From positions 160,001 to 224,000 of IMG/VR virus record IMGVR_UViG_3300020576_005257: a DNA stretch of 64,000 bases; one strand, written 5' to 3'. The position numbers and the translations under genes are program-made. How positions within the stretch are numbered: position 1 is the stretch's first letter; every line of letters begins with the position of its first letter. Below the pieces are notes generated by a model. The model ran no database searches, had not been told where the DNA came from, and saw only the letters and a program-made list of their open reading frames with translations. Positions 1 to 10,886 of the stretch are shown in pieces. This DNA is from a virus (taxonomy: Duplodnaviria > Caudoviricetes).

Positions 1-2532
1 ACCCGAGTTCTCAAAACCATGTAATCTTAATAAAGAACCAGGAAGCTCTCCCTTTGTATCAGCACTGAAAAATAATCTATCTCCAGCTCCAACCATACCT
101 TCAAGTGAAGTTCCTTGTAAACCTAGTTTATCAGCAATTTTAAAAGCTTGGTGAACTCCTTCTATACCATTTGCTGCTTCTTTTTCTCTGAGTAACATAT
201 TAGCAAGTAAGCTTCTACTCGCATTACCTGCTCTTACTTTACCACTAGCTTGTCCTAAAGTAATAAGGTCATATGACTTCTGGAAATATGCTTTATTGAT
301 TGAGGTTTCTATTTCTGCTAAGGCCTCAGCAGCTGAGAGTTTTTTACCTTCAACGTAAACTGTAGCACCTTTAAAGTCGTATCCTTTAAGAGTCTGTATT
401 CTAGATCTCAAAGCATCAAAATGATAACTAGTTTGGGTTCCTACAGATTCAGCATTATTTAAACTACGTGTTAGGGCAGCTAATGCTCTGACTTCTTCAA
501 TAGGAGTACCACCACTAAATTCTATAACATTCGATATTGCTCCTGTATGATCTCTAAATCCGAGACCCATAGCTGTTATAGCTCCATGGGTTCCATTAAG
601 CTTATCAAACTGAGAGCCAACATCAAGAATTAAGTGACCTCTGCCTCCTTGTTGTATCGCAACAAGACCTCTTTCTAATCCTTCGTTAATGGGGACACTT
701 GTATCAGTACCAACTAATCTAACAGCAGATTTACCTGTGTTGTTCTTAATTAGGGCATAGCCCATTCTACTTTCTTCTCTGACTCTTTCATAAACATCTC
801 CTTGTCTAAGAGCCGTCACTTCTCCAACTAAGTTTGTTCCACCACCAGTTGGTAGAACTACATTCTGGAAAGATACATTTTCTTTTTGTAATAGGTGTCC
901 AGTTAAATCAGAGTCTTCAAGATTTAAACCTAAGTTCGGTGGAACCACAGCTGATTCAAGTGGTACACCAGTTGATCTAGAGTAGTCCTGAGCCTCAGCA
1001 AATTGAGCACCACTAAAATACTTATCTTCTAGTCCACTAGAAACCCTAAATAAAGTATTCTCTCCTCCAGGTATAACAGAAGCTCCACCCTCAGAGATAT
1101 TTAACTCTAATACTGGGTTTTTCTGGAAGGCAGAACTAGTAGTACCAGCCTTACTCTCCAAATAGCTAACAGTACCAGCACCTAAATTATTTGCTACTCT
1201 AGTATGTTCAGTGAGCAGATTACCTAAGTCAACTTCTTTTTGAGTACTAAGTTGTCTGACAGCTTTAGCACTTACTAAAACCTGACCTCTATCAGAACCC
1301 ACTTGTTGTCTAAATAAATCTCGTACAGCCTTATCACTAGCACTTACTTGTTGACCATTAACAGTTAAAGTCTTTCCAGCAAGAACCTCATGAACGAGTG
1401 AATGGCTATTAATGGAGAAGAATCTCTGACTACCATCTGCGTTGATTTCTGCTGGGTTGGCAAGTAAACTACCAATGCTAACAGGTTTACTAATTCTACC
1501 TCTGTATCTAGATTGAGTGGCAGTTCGTTTATTCCATAACTTATTAACTTTTTTATCAGCACCATGTAGTTCTAGGTATCTTAAATAAGAACTAACAAAT
1601 GAACCAGTGCCTTGACTATCTAAAAGACCTTTAATAGCTGCATTACTTTCTTTATAACTACCAAAAGCAAAAGCAGAGGATTCTTTAGAAGTGATTAGCT
1701 TTCTTTCTTTAAGATTCTTGAAAATCTCCTGTGCCCTGTAAGCTTTAGGAATAGGTTTGGTAGTACCATCACCCGTTAAACGAGAAAACTTCCTCATAAC
1801 AGGTTCTAATGCTCCCACTGATTGTGGGTCTTCTCTTTGGAAAAGCTGTTTTCTTAAAAACTTAGTGAACCCAAAATCTCGACCCATTGAATAAGGAAGA
1901 TCGCCAGGACTAGCTCCATTAACTTTTGAGGCCGCATTATTTAATTGTTGATTAAGTGTGGTAATCGTTGATACTTTGACATTTTGCTGTATCTTTTTAT
2001 GTAAGGATTCTGCTAACTGATCAATATGCTCCACAGAGTACATATCAGCATTATCTCCAAGTGCTTTGTGAAGCATGGAAACAATATCTTCTTTTGAGTT
2101 AGTAGAGTTAGAAGAGAAGACTAAATGATCTGCTAGATTCAGCAAGTTTTGCTGAATATGTCCCTCTTCAGAATCTTTAAGAAGTAGAAGCATGTCTCTG
2201 TAGACAGCTGAGTCTCCTTTTTCAATTCTTTGAATAAGTTCTTGATTACCCTTAAAAGCCTTAGATAAATGCTCGGCTCTTTCTCTAATGACATCTTGTG
2301 GAGATAGTTGTTCAACGTTCTTACGAACAATGTACATATCTTCATCATCTAGTTTATGGGCTTTAAACTGAAGGGAAGAGCCGTCTAGTGTTTTGAGCAG
2401 GTAAAAAAGTGTGCCAGCTCCACCAGCTAAAGTAACAGCATTATGAACAACGTAGTCCTGCTTGCTTCCTCTATGTCGAACTGTGTCTCCCGGCTCCGGG
2501 TTGATATTAGTTATCTTGTCTAGCCTGGCCAC
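1..2532 (-). CDS. Giant virion/ejection-type protein, N-terminal 844 aa (runs off window), with a degenerate DEDDh exonuclease-like segment
   Basis: Absent from the ORF track. Manual translation is open from GTG at 2532 to base 1. Contains LILDVG..VGTQTSYHFD..YDLITL..VHQA. Confidence 0.8.
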   Translation of the reverse strand, partial: MARLDKITNINPEPGDTVRHRGSKQDYVVHNAVTLAGGAGTLFYLLKTLDGSSLQFKAHKLDDEDMYIVRKNVEQLSPQDVIRERAEHLSKAFKGNQELIQRIEKGDSAVYRDMLLLLKDSEEGHIQQNLLNLADHLVFSSNSTNSKEDIVSMLHKALGDNADMYSVEHIDQLAESLHKKIQQNVKVSTITTLNQQLNNAASKVNGASPGDLPYSMGRDFGFTKFLRKQLFQREDPQSVGALEPVMRKFSRLTGDGTTKPIPKAYRAQEIFKNLKERKLITSKESSAFAFGSYKESNAAIKGLLDSQGTGSFVSSYLRYLELHGADKKVNKLWNKRTATQSRYRGRISKPVSIGSLLANPAEINADGSQRFFSINSHSLVHEVLAGKTLTVNGQQVSASDKAVRDLFRQQVGSDRGQVLVSAKAVRQLSTQKEVDLGNLLTEHTRVANNLGAGTVSYLESKAGTTSSAFQKNPVLELNISEGGASVIPGGENTLFRVSSGLEDKYFSGAQFAEAQDYSRSTGVPLESAVVPPNLGLNLEDSDLTGHLLQKENVSFQNVVLPTGGGTNLVGEVTALRQGDVYERVREESRMGYALIKNNTGKSAVRLVGTDTSVPINEGLERGLVAIQQGGRGHLILDVGSQFDKLNGTHGAITAMGLGFRDHTGAISNVIEFSGGTPIEEVRALAALTRSLNNAESVGTQTSYHFDALRSRIQTLKGYDFKGATVYVEGKKLSAAEALAEIETSINKAYFQKSYDLITLGQASGKVRAGNASRSLLANMLLREKEAANGIEGVHQAFKIADKLGLQGTSLEGMVGAGDRLFFSADTKGELPGSLLRLHGFENSG

Positions 2533-2541
2533 TTATAACAA

Positions 2542-2568
2542 AAATAGAGCGGAATTTCCGCTCTATTT
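2542..2568 (-). terminator. Intrinsic terminator-like hairpin overlapping a CTCTATT motif
   Basis: AAATAGAGCGG/CCGCTCTATTT inverted repeat with a T run on the minus strand. Confidence 0.55.
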
Positions 2569-2589
2569 CTACTTATATCTCCTATAACC

Positions 2590-2847
2590 TTAGTCTACAA
2601 TCATTGGCCTAAAATTCATTCTCTTTAAACCAGTACCCATATTTTTAAGGTTGCTTCCATATCTAGGAGCAGATCTGAGAGGCAATTTGTTGGTACCAAG
2701 TAAATAGGCAATCTTAGTTACATCCAAATCTTTCCTAAGTTTCTTAGCTTCGCTCTCTGTAATCTCCTCTTTCTTCAAGTTTTCATCAATAGCATCATAC
2801 TCTTTTTCAAAAGTTGGGATTTTAATATCAATTCTTCCGTACTTCAT
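2590..2847 (-). CDS. Hypothetical protein
   Basis: 85-aa ORF packed in the operon. Confidence 0.65.
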   Translation of the reverse strand: MKYGRIDIKIPTFEKEYDAIDENLKKEEITESEAKKLRKDLDVTKIAYLLGTNKLPLRSAPRYGSNLKNMGTGLKRMNFRPMIVD

Positions 2848-2850
2848 ATA

Positions 2851-3993
2851 TTAACCAGTGTAAACTAATTGGGTCTTATTCAAATCAAAACTACCAGTTT
2901 CGTCTCTATACATTTTAACGAAACCTTGGACAGGTGGTTGATACTTACCATGTTGTAAGAATTGGTACTCTTGAGGCTTAGCCATGCAACCAGTATGAAT
3001 AAGCATTCTGCCTGTAGGAGTGTACTCCATAGAAAGCCTATGTACATGCCCCTGGAAGACCGCTCTAGGCGATTCAATCTTCAATACGTGATTCCATTGG
3101 GCAAGCCATGTATCAAGCCTCTTTACAGCATCATCACCACAGAAGCATTCAAAGTGACCAAAAAGACACTCATTCCAAATTCCAGCAAAATCAAGCTTGT
3201 AGTTTTCACCAAATTGGAGAGGTGGCTTAGTATCAGGAATCTCAAGTGACATGAACTCTACGTTATCAAGCCCTTGGGTTAACCAAACTAATGGGTGTAC
3301 AACCATAGGAAGCAAACCAGGTAAAAGATTCTGCATCTTTTTGATTGGCCTATTATCATGATTCCCAGTAATGATCTTAACACTACTATACTTCTTACAA
3401 AGCTCTTCAATAATAGCTCGACCAGTTGCTATCTCAGCCTGATAGGTCACATAGGCATTAGTCTGTCTATGGCTTGAAGCAGAAAGCATATCAAGTACGT
3501 CACCCATAATTACGAGTTCATCTGCGTCTGATCTAAGAAGATAGTCAAGACTTTCTGGGTGGTGGAAGGGGATATGGAAGTCTCCTGCCACATCAACAGA
3601 ACCATCACCTTTCTTTCTCTTATAGTTCTTATTGACTTCACCAATGGGTCCGATTAGTCTCTCCAAACCAGTTCTAGACATTTCAAGAAAACTGTCTGGT
3701 TGAATTACTTTTTGAATTGTATTGGCCTCACTGATTTGTTCAGGTACTTGTACTGTAGTCTTTTCAAGAACTACGCTATTGTTATGAATATAAGACTTCC
3801 AATTCTTCCAGAGCCTAAGCAAAGACCTAGAAGCCTCTATCTCAGAACCAAAGTCTGGAACCATATGTAAAACAAGGTCATAGTAACCTCTACTGGAGGA
3901 TTTTCTGACATAAAAGTCAGATGCGATTGCTGTGTTTATATTTTCTAGTTTAGCTAAATCTAGAAAAGAAACTGGGATGGTTATAGTTTTCAT
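2851..3993 (-). CDS. Calcineurin-like metallophosphoesterase
   Basis: GDFH, GDVLD, GNHD, GH and GHVH motifs in order. Confidence 0.9.
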   Translation of the reverse strand: MKTITIPVSFLDLAKLENINTAIASDFYVRKSSSRGYYDLVLHMVPDFGSEIEASRSLLRLWKNWKSYIHNNSVVLEKTTVQVPEQISEANTIQKVIQPDSFLEMSRTGLERLIGPIGEVNKNYKRKKGDGSVDVAGDFHIPFHHPESLDYLLRSDADELVIMGDVLDMLSASSHRQTNAYVTYQAEIATGRAIIEELCKKYSSVKIITGNHDNRPIKKMQNLLPGLLPMVVHPLVWLTQGLDNVEFMSLEIPDTKPPLQFGENYKLDFAGIWNECLFGHFECFCGDDAVKRLDTWLAQWNHVLKIESPRAVFQGHVHRLSMEYTPTGRMLIHTGCMAKPQEYQFLQHGKYQPPVQGFVKMYRDETGSFDLNKTQLVYTG

Positions 3994-4008
3994 TATTAGG
4001 ATATCCTG

Positions 4009-7000
4009 TTATCTACGTAATTGTTTTTGTTTTTCGCGTTCCACTTCCGCTCGGCGGTCGTGGTTTAGCTGCATATTAATATCTATAACGTTATGAGATG
4101 TAGGTATGGTCTCATAGTTTATTAGAATATTGCCAAATTCGCCGCTACCAGCCAATTTATCAAGTTCTCTTTGGATGTTTTCTTTGGTTCTCTTGTTCAT
4201 TCTAGGTACTTCGACCCCCTCTGAGAAAACTTTAGCCTTAGCTAGTTTTCTTTTACTGGGTCTAGCAATCTTTATGTCTTCATGCTCAGTTGCTCTGAGT
4301 TTAATGTCATCAAGGTCGGTATCTCTTCGCCAGCCACCCCAATCAGATTTAGGTAAATTGTGGTGCTTGAAGTATTCAGTTAGATTGGGTTTAGTTGGAA
4401 GCTTATCTTCTTCAACACCTAAGAACTTGCCAAGTACCCGCTTCTCAGCATTGGGTAATAAGTCATAGTATTCATCTTTCTCTGCCTGAGTAGCAGTAGT
4501 AATTATAGATTCAGCAATTTGTCTATGTCTTCTAGGTAGTGTTGCCAAAGCTTCGTCAAGCGTACCATTTACGACATCAAAACCGTACATAGTTCGTCTT
4601 GCTTTGAATTCGGCGTCACTAGCTAACTTTTCAAACTGCTTAGCTTGTAAAGCAACTTGCTGATGTCCAGTTTTAACTTGACGTTCTCCATTCTTAGCTT
4701 TTAAAGCAGCTTCAGCTATGGTAGATTCTTTGACATAGGTAAGAATATCATAATACTCATCAAAATCGTTTCTTTTTCTAGTTCTTTTTGGTTTCCAAGT
4801 TTCACCAGTTAAAGTTTCATTTAACTCTTTTAATAGAGATAAAGACGCCCCAACTGCCCCAGCAACCATAGCTGCTTTACCTTTCATCTTCTTAGTTCTG
4901 AAAAAGATGCTTGCAACTAAAGCACTTTGAGCACCAGCAACAACTGGATTCTTACTAATTATTGAATTTACAGTGGGTACAACATAATTATCTTTCAAAT
5001 TCTTTAAGGAATATTCGTCAGTTCCGTAAACCTCACCTCTTTTATATTGTTCCAAAGCTGTACGTACACGTAAGAATTTGTTAGAAAACATATTATCACT
5101 GTGTAGAATAGTATCGGTTACACTGGTTCCTAATCCATCTCTTCCAAAAACTTGATTTGCTAATGGATTTCTAGATTTGTAGTCTTCATCTGCATATTCA
5201 GACTCAATCAGTTCATGATTAACGTCCCCAAAAATAGCTTCAAGTACAGTGTTCTTGGTGACATCAGGATTGAATTGCCCTTTAATAAGAGTCACAGAGG
5301 TCTTTTGACCTACATGAATACCATATTGAGCTAATAGGTCAGCAGGATCTTTATAAGCAAAAGCTTGTTGATCATATTTAACACCAGCTAACTTAAACTG
5401 ACCCATTTCAGTTAAAATATCCCCCTCTCCAGTAATAGCCTCAACAACTAAATCCCTAGTTTCAGTGGGAACATTTCTTTTAGGATAAAGATTATAATTC
5501 TCTGTTTTAGCTTTGGCAATTTCTAAAGCAATCTCAAATCTGCGTTGCTCCATACCACCAAACCCACCTTTCTCTTTGGCGAGTTGAACATACTTTCTAA
5601 ATTCACGAGATTCAGGAGCAGCTTTTGCTAATACCTCAATCCTATCAATAAGACCATAAGTTTCATAAGGACTAACTTCCTCATTGTCAATCATCTCCTG
5701 CACACGAGCCCTTGCTCCAGCTACACGATTAAATATAGCATCCATGCGTTTAGGATCATATTTATAGGTAGCTAACCTAACTTCATCAGGGTTATCTCGA
5801 TTAACATGGGCCAAATGGCCTACCTTAGTATCAGTAAGATACATATAATACATAAGTTGATCTATGTATTTTTCATTATCCTCATTGATATTTCCAGAAC
5901 CACGAGTCTTAATTTCAACAACTTCTAAGCCACTCTTACCTCTAACTAAAGTTTCAATAGTAGCAGAACCATTAATTTCATCATCGTAAGCAGCAATTTC
6001 AGCACCAACTAAGATACCTTGCTCCCTCATTTGTCTCATAATTCTCTTATGAGCAAAAGTTCCAAAAGCCATTCTTGTCTCAGAAGCTTCATCTGCCTCT
6101 GATCCAATAGGATCAAGGAACTTCAATACCATTTCATCTTCTGAAAGACCTACCATAGATCCTCTGATTTTTAATGGTTTCACAAATGGGTTAGCTCTTT
6201 CCATCGCGTCGCCTGGAAGGATTAACTCACCGTTAGAAAGCCTAGCATATGGGTCCCCCCGTCGAAACTTATTAGGCAACCAACTAGCTTGGTTGTTTTG
6301 TAGTGGGTTGAAAGCATCTGGATCTTGTCTTTCCTCAGGCATAAATCGTCTGAAGAATTCTCCATACATACCAGGAAAAACTTCACCCATTTTAGCGTTA
6401 TAGAACAAACGAGACTTAGAAAAAGAGACACCTGGGTCTTGAATCTGGAAAGCTTCGTGTTCGTTGCTACCATAAGCTGGTATTTGGTTTACAATACCAC
6501 TATAGATACCAGTAGGCCGAAGTAATTCATCCATTACCTCATGTACTTTATGTGTAAGTTTATGTTTGTGGTACTCATGTTTTGATGCATACTTGTTGTA
6601 CCCATAATTAAAAGCTCTACCATCTTCATCGCCAGGCTCGGCAGACTGTAATGCCTCTTCTAGGCTACCTCCACCTCCCCCATAACCAGAACCACTTCCC
6701 CCTGTGCCTGGGCCAGATCCACCAGGACCAGGCATACCATGCTTCTTATAGCCCCACAGATTAGTCATAGTTTGAATAACCTTACTCATTTTGGTATGGC
6801 TTTTCTCGTATGCGTAACCTACAGAAGGATGTTCATCCAGGTAAGATAACATCTCCTCCTCAGAAGCATAGGGCCTATCTTTTTGAGTTAAGTCTTCTTG
6901 CCAGTGAGGGTGGAAAAGAGCATTAAGAGGTGCGAGTGGATTGGTTATAGTGGGCAGGAAACTATAGTTAGGGTTAGATAGTTGAACATTTCTAGCCTCA

Positions 7001-10000
7001 GTCCAATGTGATTTAAGTCTTCTATAAAGATTAGGTCTGACTGATTCTACACTTCCACCATATGCTGGATTTCTTGATCCAATTAAAAAGCCACGACCCA
7101 TTCTGATTTGTTCGTTACCATATAACAAATCCTCCCTGGTTTCCGCTTCATCCATTGGATTGTAGTACATATCAGCACCTGGAAGGCTATATACTAAGTG
7201 CTTTAATGGGTTAGTAAGCCCAAAACGATCTCTAAATTTAGATGTACTTATTCTTGCATTCCCATAAACATTAGCTGTGAAATCATCTATGCCTTCTTGA
7301 TCTTTGTTATGTAAATCAGCGTTAATATTCTTATACGCTTCCATAGCAATATAAGCCGGAATAATCCGTTTAATCATTAAATTAGTATGTGCTCTACCAA
7401 AAGTAGCTTTATCTGTTTCTGAGATTCCTAATCCTGCTTGATCAAGAACATTAGCTGCACCATGAGAAAGAGCAGTAAGGCTGGTGCTCAAATACCCTTG
7501 AGCAGAATTTGCTGAAAAGAGTCCTTTAGCAAAGTCTACAGTACCAAAGCCTCTTCCTAATTGGGTTTTAAGATGGAAAGCCATGGCCTGAGTATAAGTT
7601 AACCCATTACCAATAATTAATGACCCCATAGATGGGGTAGCAGAGGGTAATACTGTATACCTGGCTACTGCTTCTTCTGGAGCTTCTGGAACAAATGAGG
7701 GTCGTCTGGCTCTAAAGCCACCTTCATCTAATTTATCATGTATACCTAAATTGTTTACTAGTCTGTTTATAACAGAGACACCTTGCTCTTCTTTGTAAAT
7801 GGAAGTAGCAACAAGCATGGTGTCAGACCTAACCCTTTCAGCTGCAATCATTTTAGCTACTGGGTCTTCCATATATCCCGCTAATCTTTCGTGGGAAGAG
7901 AAAGCTGTAACTAATTGACCTATGCTACCTTCTGAGAGAGATCCTTCATCTGGGTTAAAGTTCTTTAAAGCACCTTCAAACAAATAATTAAATTCAGAAT
8001 CAGAACTTACATTTAAATGTTTAGTAAAAATTCCTTTAATTTTGTTTGCGTTTTCTATTTGTGTAGGATCAATTAAAGTTCCCCTTTCTTTTAATAAGTT
8101 TAATGCTATATCTTGATCTAACCCAGTTGCCGCTTTAACCTCTGAGAATAATTCTGATTTAGCAGAAGCTCTGGTAAATTCTTCAATTAGTCCTCGTTGT
8201 AAGTCTTTTTGAATTTTAGATACAGCATCATCTCCAAAGACTTGTTCTTTGGTCGGGGGTGTTAATACTGAATTTAACTCTACCTTGTTCTGTGCGGGGG
8301 CACTAATATCATAAATTCTATTAGGACTTTCTATAAAATCAGATAAGGCTTTTTCTAGTGTGGAGTTTACTTGGTTGTTGGAAAGAGCCTCCAAATCCAT
8401 AGTACCTAAATGATCAGCCAAAGCTTCTGGATTATCAGAAAGCTCCATAAGTCTAATTAAATCCTCACTAAGAGGAATACCATCTTTTCTAGCTTTAGAA
8501 GCTAGCTTCTTTACAGTAGGGGATAAGTCATTAAAATCTAAGTTAGCCATACCCCCAATCATTCTTCTTTGAAGGTCTAGCTCTACATTAGGTGTAATTT
8601 TTCCAGTATTCTCTTTTAAAAACTGGGAGATAAGGGTTGGGTGTATTTGATCAGAAGTAACTGATGTAGCTGTAGGATCCACACCAAGAATCTTCCCAGC
8701 AAGACTGCCCATAATATTTTTCGGAACAAGTTTTAATTCCCCATCATTAACATTAAGATTGAATAATTCTGGTTGGAAGTGATGAAGTAAATTTTCCAGC
8801 ACAGTTTTACTTCCACCTTCTGGACGTTGTAAACTTTCCTTGGCAGCTTTTAGAAATCCTTTAGTTGATACTTGATCTGAGAAATCACTGAAAGCATTGT
8901 CTAATAAATTAGCCCTAGTTCCAGCCATCTCTTTTAATACAGTGCTTCTTTCATTGTTTAAGAAAATAAATCTAGAAGCTTGTTCAGCATTAACTCTGTC
9001 AACTGTAAAATCTGTACCTTGTCTCCCAAAACTAAAAATCTGTTCTCCAATAGATAAGCCAAACTCGTTATCATAGTTTAACCCCATCCTCTTAAGCTCA
9101 CCAAGCTTACTCATTTCTCCAAGAAATTTTACAGGAGTTTTATCAGGAGAATAGGCACCACCTAAAGTGAAGGGGATGTTAAATTTAATAGGTTGGAGAG
9201 GAAACTGTAATGCTTGTTTTGCCCTATTAACGAAAGTTCTTCTGCTGTTACGTGCGTGTACGAGAGATAAAACATCTCCATTTTTATCAACACCAAGACC
9301 ACTAAAACTCTTTAAGTAGGCTTCCCTTAACTCAGCATGCTGCTCTCCACCCAGTTCAATAAGATTACTTTCAATCTTTCCAAAGATTTCATCAGCAGTT
9401 TTCTTGTGCCCAGTATTTCTTAAATATTGATCTACTTTTTCCCGGTGGGACCCAGTTATTTCTTCAATTGTTAGTCCACGATGATTTTTATTATGCAACA
9501 TTCCTTGCAAATCTAAACCAGCTTTCTCACTAGCATTCATTTCTCTGGCATGTTTAGCTAATGCACCAAAGATAACATCCCTATTTTTTGATCCATTCTT
9601 ACCACCAAATAAATTCTTCTCAGTAGATACTTGTCTTCTCTTAGCAAGATCAATGGCATCATCCATACTTTGCTTTACAGAAGCCCTATGCTGTTCCAAT
9701 AAAACAGCAGGTTTGACGTTCTCAGTCATGTAATTGAATCTAACACCTTTAGTAGATTCCATGAAACGTTGCATGGTACTATCACTAAGGAGCTTCCCAG
9801 ACATATGTTCCACCTCACCAGAGAGGAATTCATGGAAAACATCAGTTAGATGGGGTGCTATTTTATCAAAATGTTCAAGACTATCTTCATGAACATTCTT
9901 CCGTAAAGACTCAGTTAGAGCTTCTCTACGAATGTCCCGCATAGCTCCACGAAGAAAACTTCTTCTTACTTGTGGAACACTGTCGGCAAAATAATTAAAA

Positions 10001-10239
10001 GTGTCTGAGAAAAGGGTTTTAGTATCGTGTACACCAACAATAGGACCTAAGATACGTCTTAATGTGCTGCTTTGATCACTTAAAGCATTAGCTGCGTTAG
10101 AACCCAAAGTTCTGGGGGCGAGATAAGCAACCGAGCCCAAACCAACAGCAGCAATACCAGCATATTTAGCCAATGCTGAAATTTTATCAGCAAAGCTATC
10201 ATCATGCTCTTTGTGGTATTGAGAATTGGATCCTAGCAT
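4009..10239 (-). CDS. Tape-measure-position giant virion protein with RecB/Cas4-like PD-(D/E)XK and SNase-like segments
   Basis: 2076 aa, directly after the tail chaperones. Motifs GTFAH..AE..VVEIKT..QLMYY and EGDILT..FKLAGVKYD. Confidence 0.75.
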   Translation of the reverse strand: MLGSNSQYHKEHDDSFADKISALAKYAGIAAVGLGSVAYLAPRTLGSNAANALSDQSSTLRRILGPIVGVHDTKTLFSDTFNYFADSVPQVRRSFLRGAMRDIRREALTESLRKNVHEDSLEHFDKIAPHLTDVFHEFLSGEVEHMSGKLLSDSTMQRFMESTKGVRFNYMTENVKPAVLLEQHRASVKQSMDDAIDLAKRRQVSTEKNLFGGKNGSKNRDVIFGALAKHAREMNASEKAGLDLQGMLHNKNHRGLTIEEITGSHREKVDQYLRNTGHKKTADEIFGKIESNLIELGGEQHAELREAYLKSFSGLGVDKNGDVLSLVHARNSRRTFVNRAKQALQFPLQPIKFNIPFTLGGAYSPDKTPVKFLGEMSKLGELKRMGLNYDNEFGLSIGEQIFSFGRQGTDFTVDRVNAEQASRFIFLNNERSTVLKEMAGTRANLLDNAFSDFSDQVSTKGFLKAAKESLQRPEGGSKTVLENLLHHFQPELFNLNVNDGELKLVPKNIMGSLAGKILGVDPTATSVTSDQIHPTLISQFLKENTGKITPNVELDLQRRMIGGMANLDFNDLSPTVKKLASKARKDGIPLSEDLIRLMELSDNPEALADHLGTMDLEALSNNQVNSTLEKALSDFIESPNRIYDISAPAQNKVELNSVLTPPTKEQVFGDDAVSKIQKDLQRGLIEEFTRASAKSELFSEVKAATGLDQDIALNLLKERGTLIDPTQIENANKIKGIFTKHLNVSSDSEFNYLFEGALKNFNPDEGSLSEGSIGQLVTAFSSHERLAGYMEDPVAKMIAAERVRSDTMLVATSIYKEEQGVSVINRLVNNLGIHDKLDEGGFRARRPSFVPEAPEEAVARYTVLPSATPSMGSLIIGNGLTYTQAMAFHLKTQLGRGFGTVDFAKGLFSANSAQGYLSTSLTALSHGAANVLDQAGLGISETDKATFGRAHTNLMIKRIIPAYIAMEAYKNINADLHNKDQEGIDDFTANVYGNARISTSKFRDRFGLTNPLKHLVYSLPGADMYYNPMDEAETREDLLYGNEQIRMGRGFLIGSRNPAYGGSVESVRPNLYRRLKSHWTEARNVQLSNPNYSFLPTITNPLAPLNALFHPHWQEDLTQKDRPYASEEEMLSYLDEHPSVGYAYEKSHTKMSKVIQTMTNLWGYKKHGMPGPGGSGPGTGGSGSGYGGGGGSLEEALQSAEPGDEDGRAFNYGYNKYASKHEYHKHKLTHKVHEVMDELLRPTGIYSGIVNQIPAYGSNEHEAFQIQDPGVSFSKSRLFYNAKMGEVFPGMYGEFFRRFMPEERQDPDAFNPLQNNQASWLPNKFRRGDPYARLSNGELILPGDAMERANPFVKPLKIRGSMVGLSEDEMVLKFLDPIGSEADEASETRMAFGTFAHKRIMRQMREQGILVGAEIAAYDDEINGSATIETLVRGKSGLEVVEIKTRGSGNINEDNEKYIDQLMYYMYLTDTKVGHLAHVNRDNPDEVRLATYKYDPKRMDAIFNRVAGARARVQEMIDNEEVSPYETYGLIDRIEVLAKAAPESREFRKYVQLAKEKGGFGGMEQRRFEIALEIAKAKTENYNLYPKRNVPTETRDLVVEAITGEGDILTEMGQFKLAGVKYDQQAFAYKDPADLLAQYGIHVGQKTSVTLIKGQFNPDVTKNTVLEAIFGDVNHELIESEYADEDYKSRNPLANQVFGRDGLGTSVTDTILHSDNMFSNKFLRVRTALEQYKRGEVYGTDEYSLKNLKDNYVVPTVNSIISKNPVVAGAQSALVASIFFRTKKMKGKAAMVAGAVGASLSLLKELNETLTGETWKPKRTRKRNDFDEYYDILTYVKESTIAEAALKAKNGERQVKTGHQQVALQAKQFEKLASDAEFKARRTMYGFDVVNGTLDEALATLPRRHRQIAESIITTATQAEKDEYYDLLPNAEKRVLGKFLGVEEDKLPTKPNLTEYFKHHNLPKSDWGGWRRDTDLDDIKLRATEHEDIKIARPSKRKLAKAKVFSEGVEVPRMNKRTKENIQRELDKLAGSGEFGNILINYETIPTSHNVIDINMQLNHDRRAEVEREKQKQLRR

Positions 10240-10817
10240 TAAAAGCCTCTTCTAGAATCGTAGCCCCCATTTTGAGCGTAAAAGACATCATCTCTTCCAC
10301 CTATATGCCCTTTAGCTTGGGCTGCTTCTAAGGCTTGACTCATTTGAGCATCAGGAGCATCTCCCACTGTAACAAAACCCTCTTCAACAGTTTTACCTGT
10401 CATATTTTCAAAGGTAATCTTGCCGACTATCAGACATTTAGCTCGATCTAGAGGATCACAGTTTCTTAGATAGGTTGGATTTAAACCTAATACAGCAATA
10501 CCTACTGCCTCATAAACCCCATCGGGATCTAATATCCAATTCTCAGCTTGGGTTAAAGTTAATTGATCTTCATCATAACCAGAAAGCTTTTTTATGTGAA
10601 AAAGCAGAGTTTGACAAGTGCCCTCTAAATCTACGTCGGGCTGGTAATTTTTAACACACTTCTTTAAGATAAATTCATCAATTTCTGTTTCTGTCTCTCT
10701 TGTTAAAGCAGCATTCCACTCACCCCAAGACAGACATCTAAAATGGTAAGACTTAGGCTTCATATCTGGGCCTTTGAGAGTTACCTCAAACCATCTAAAA
10801 TCTCTTTCAAAATCCAT
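10239..10817 (-). CDS. Putative tail assembly chaperone
   Basis: Between tube genes and tape measure; FRCLSW..KCV..LSGY resembles the repeats of the upstream gene. Confidence 0.6.
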   Translation of the reverse strand: MDFERDFRWFEVTLKGPDMKPKSYHFRCLSWGEWNAALTRETETEIDEFILKKCVKNYQPDVDLEGTCQTLLFHIKKLSGYDEDQLTLTQAENWILDPDGVYEAVGIAVLGLNPTYLRNCDPLDRAKCLIVGKITFENMTGKTVEEGFVTVGDAPDAQMSQALEAAQAKGHIGGRDDVFYAQNGGYDSRRGF

Positions 10818-10886
10818 GTTTATAAATACCTATGGTCATCACGGCGTAACCAATGATGACCATAATAATTGCTAACTACTCCGCAA

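Noticed and set aside
5790-6075. CRISPR-Cas system implied by the Cas4-like domain
   Set aside because: No repeat-spacer array or other cas genes seen; the domain is embedded in a virion protein
10818-10886. Read-through or frameshift joining the two chaperone genes (in-frame gap with a hairpin at 10831-10864)
   Set aside because: A TAA stop is followed by an in-frame TAG and no slippery site was seen
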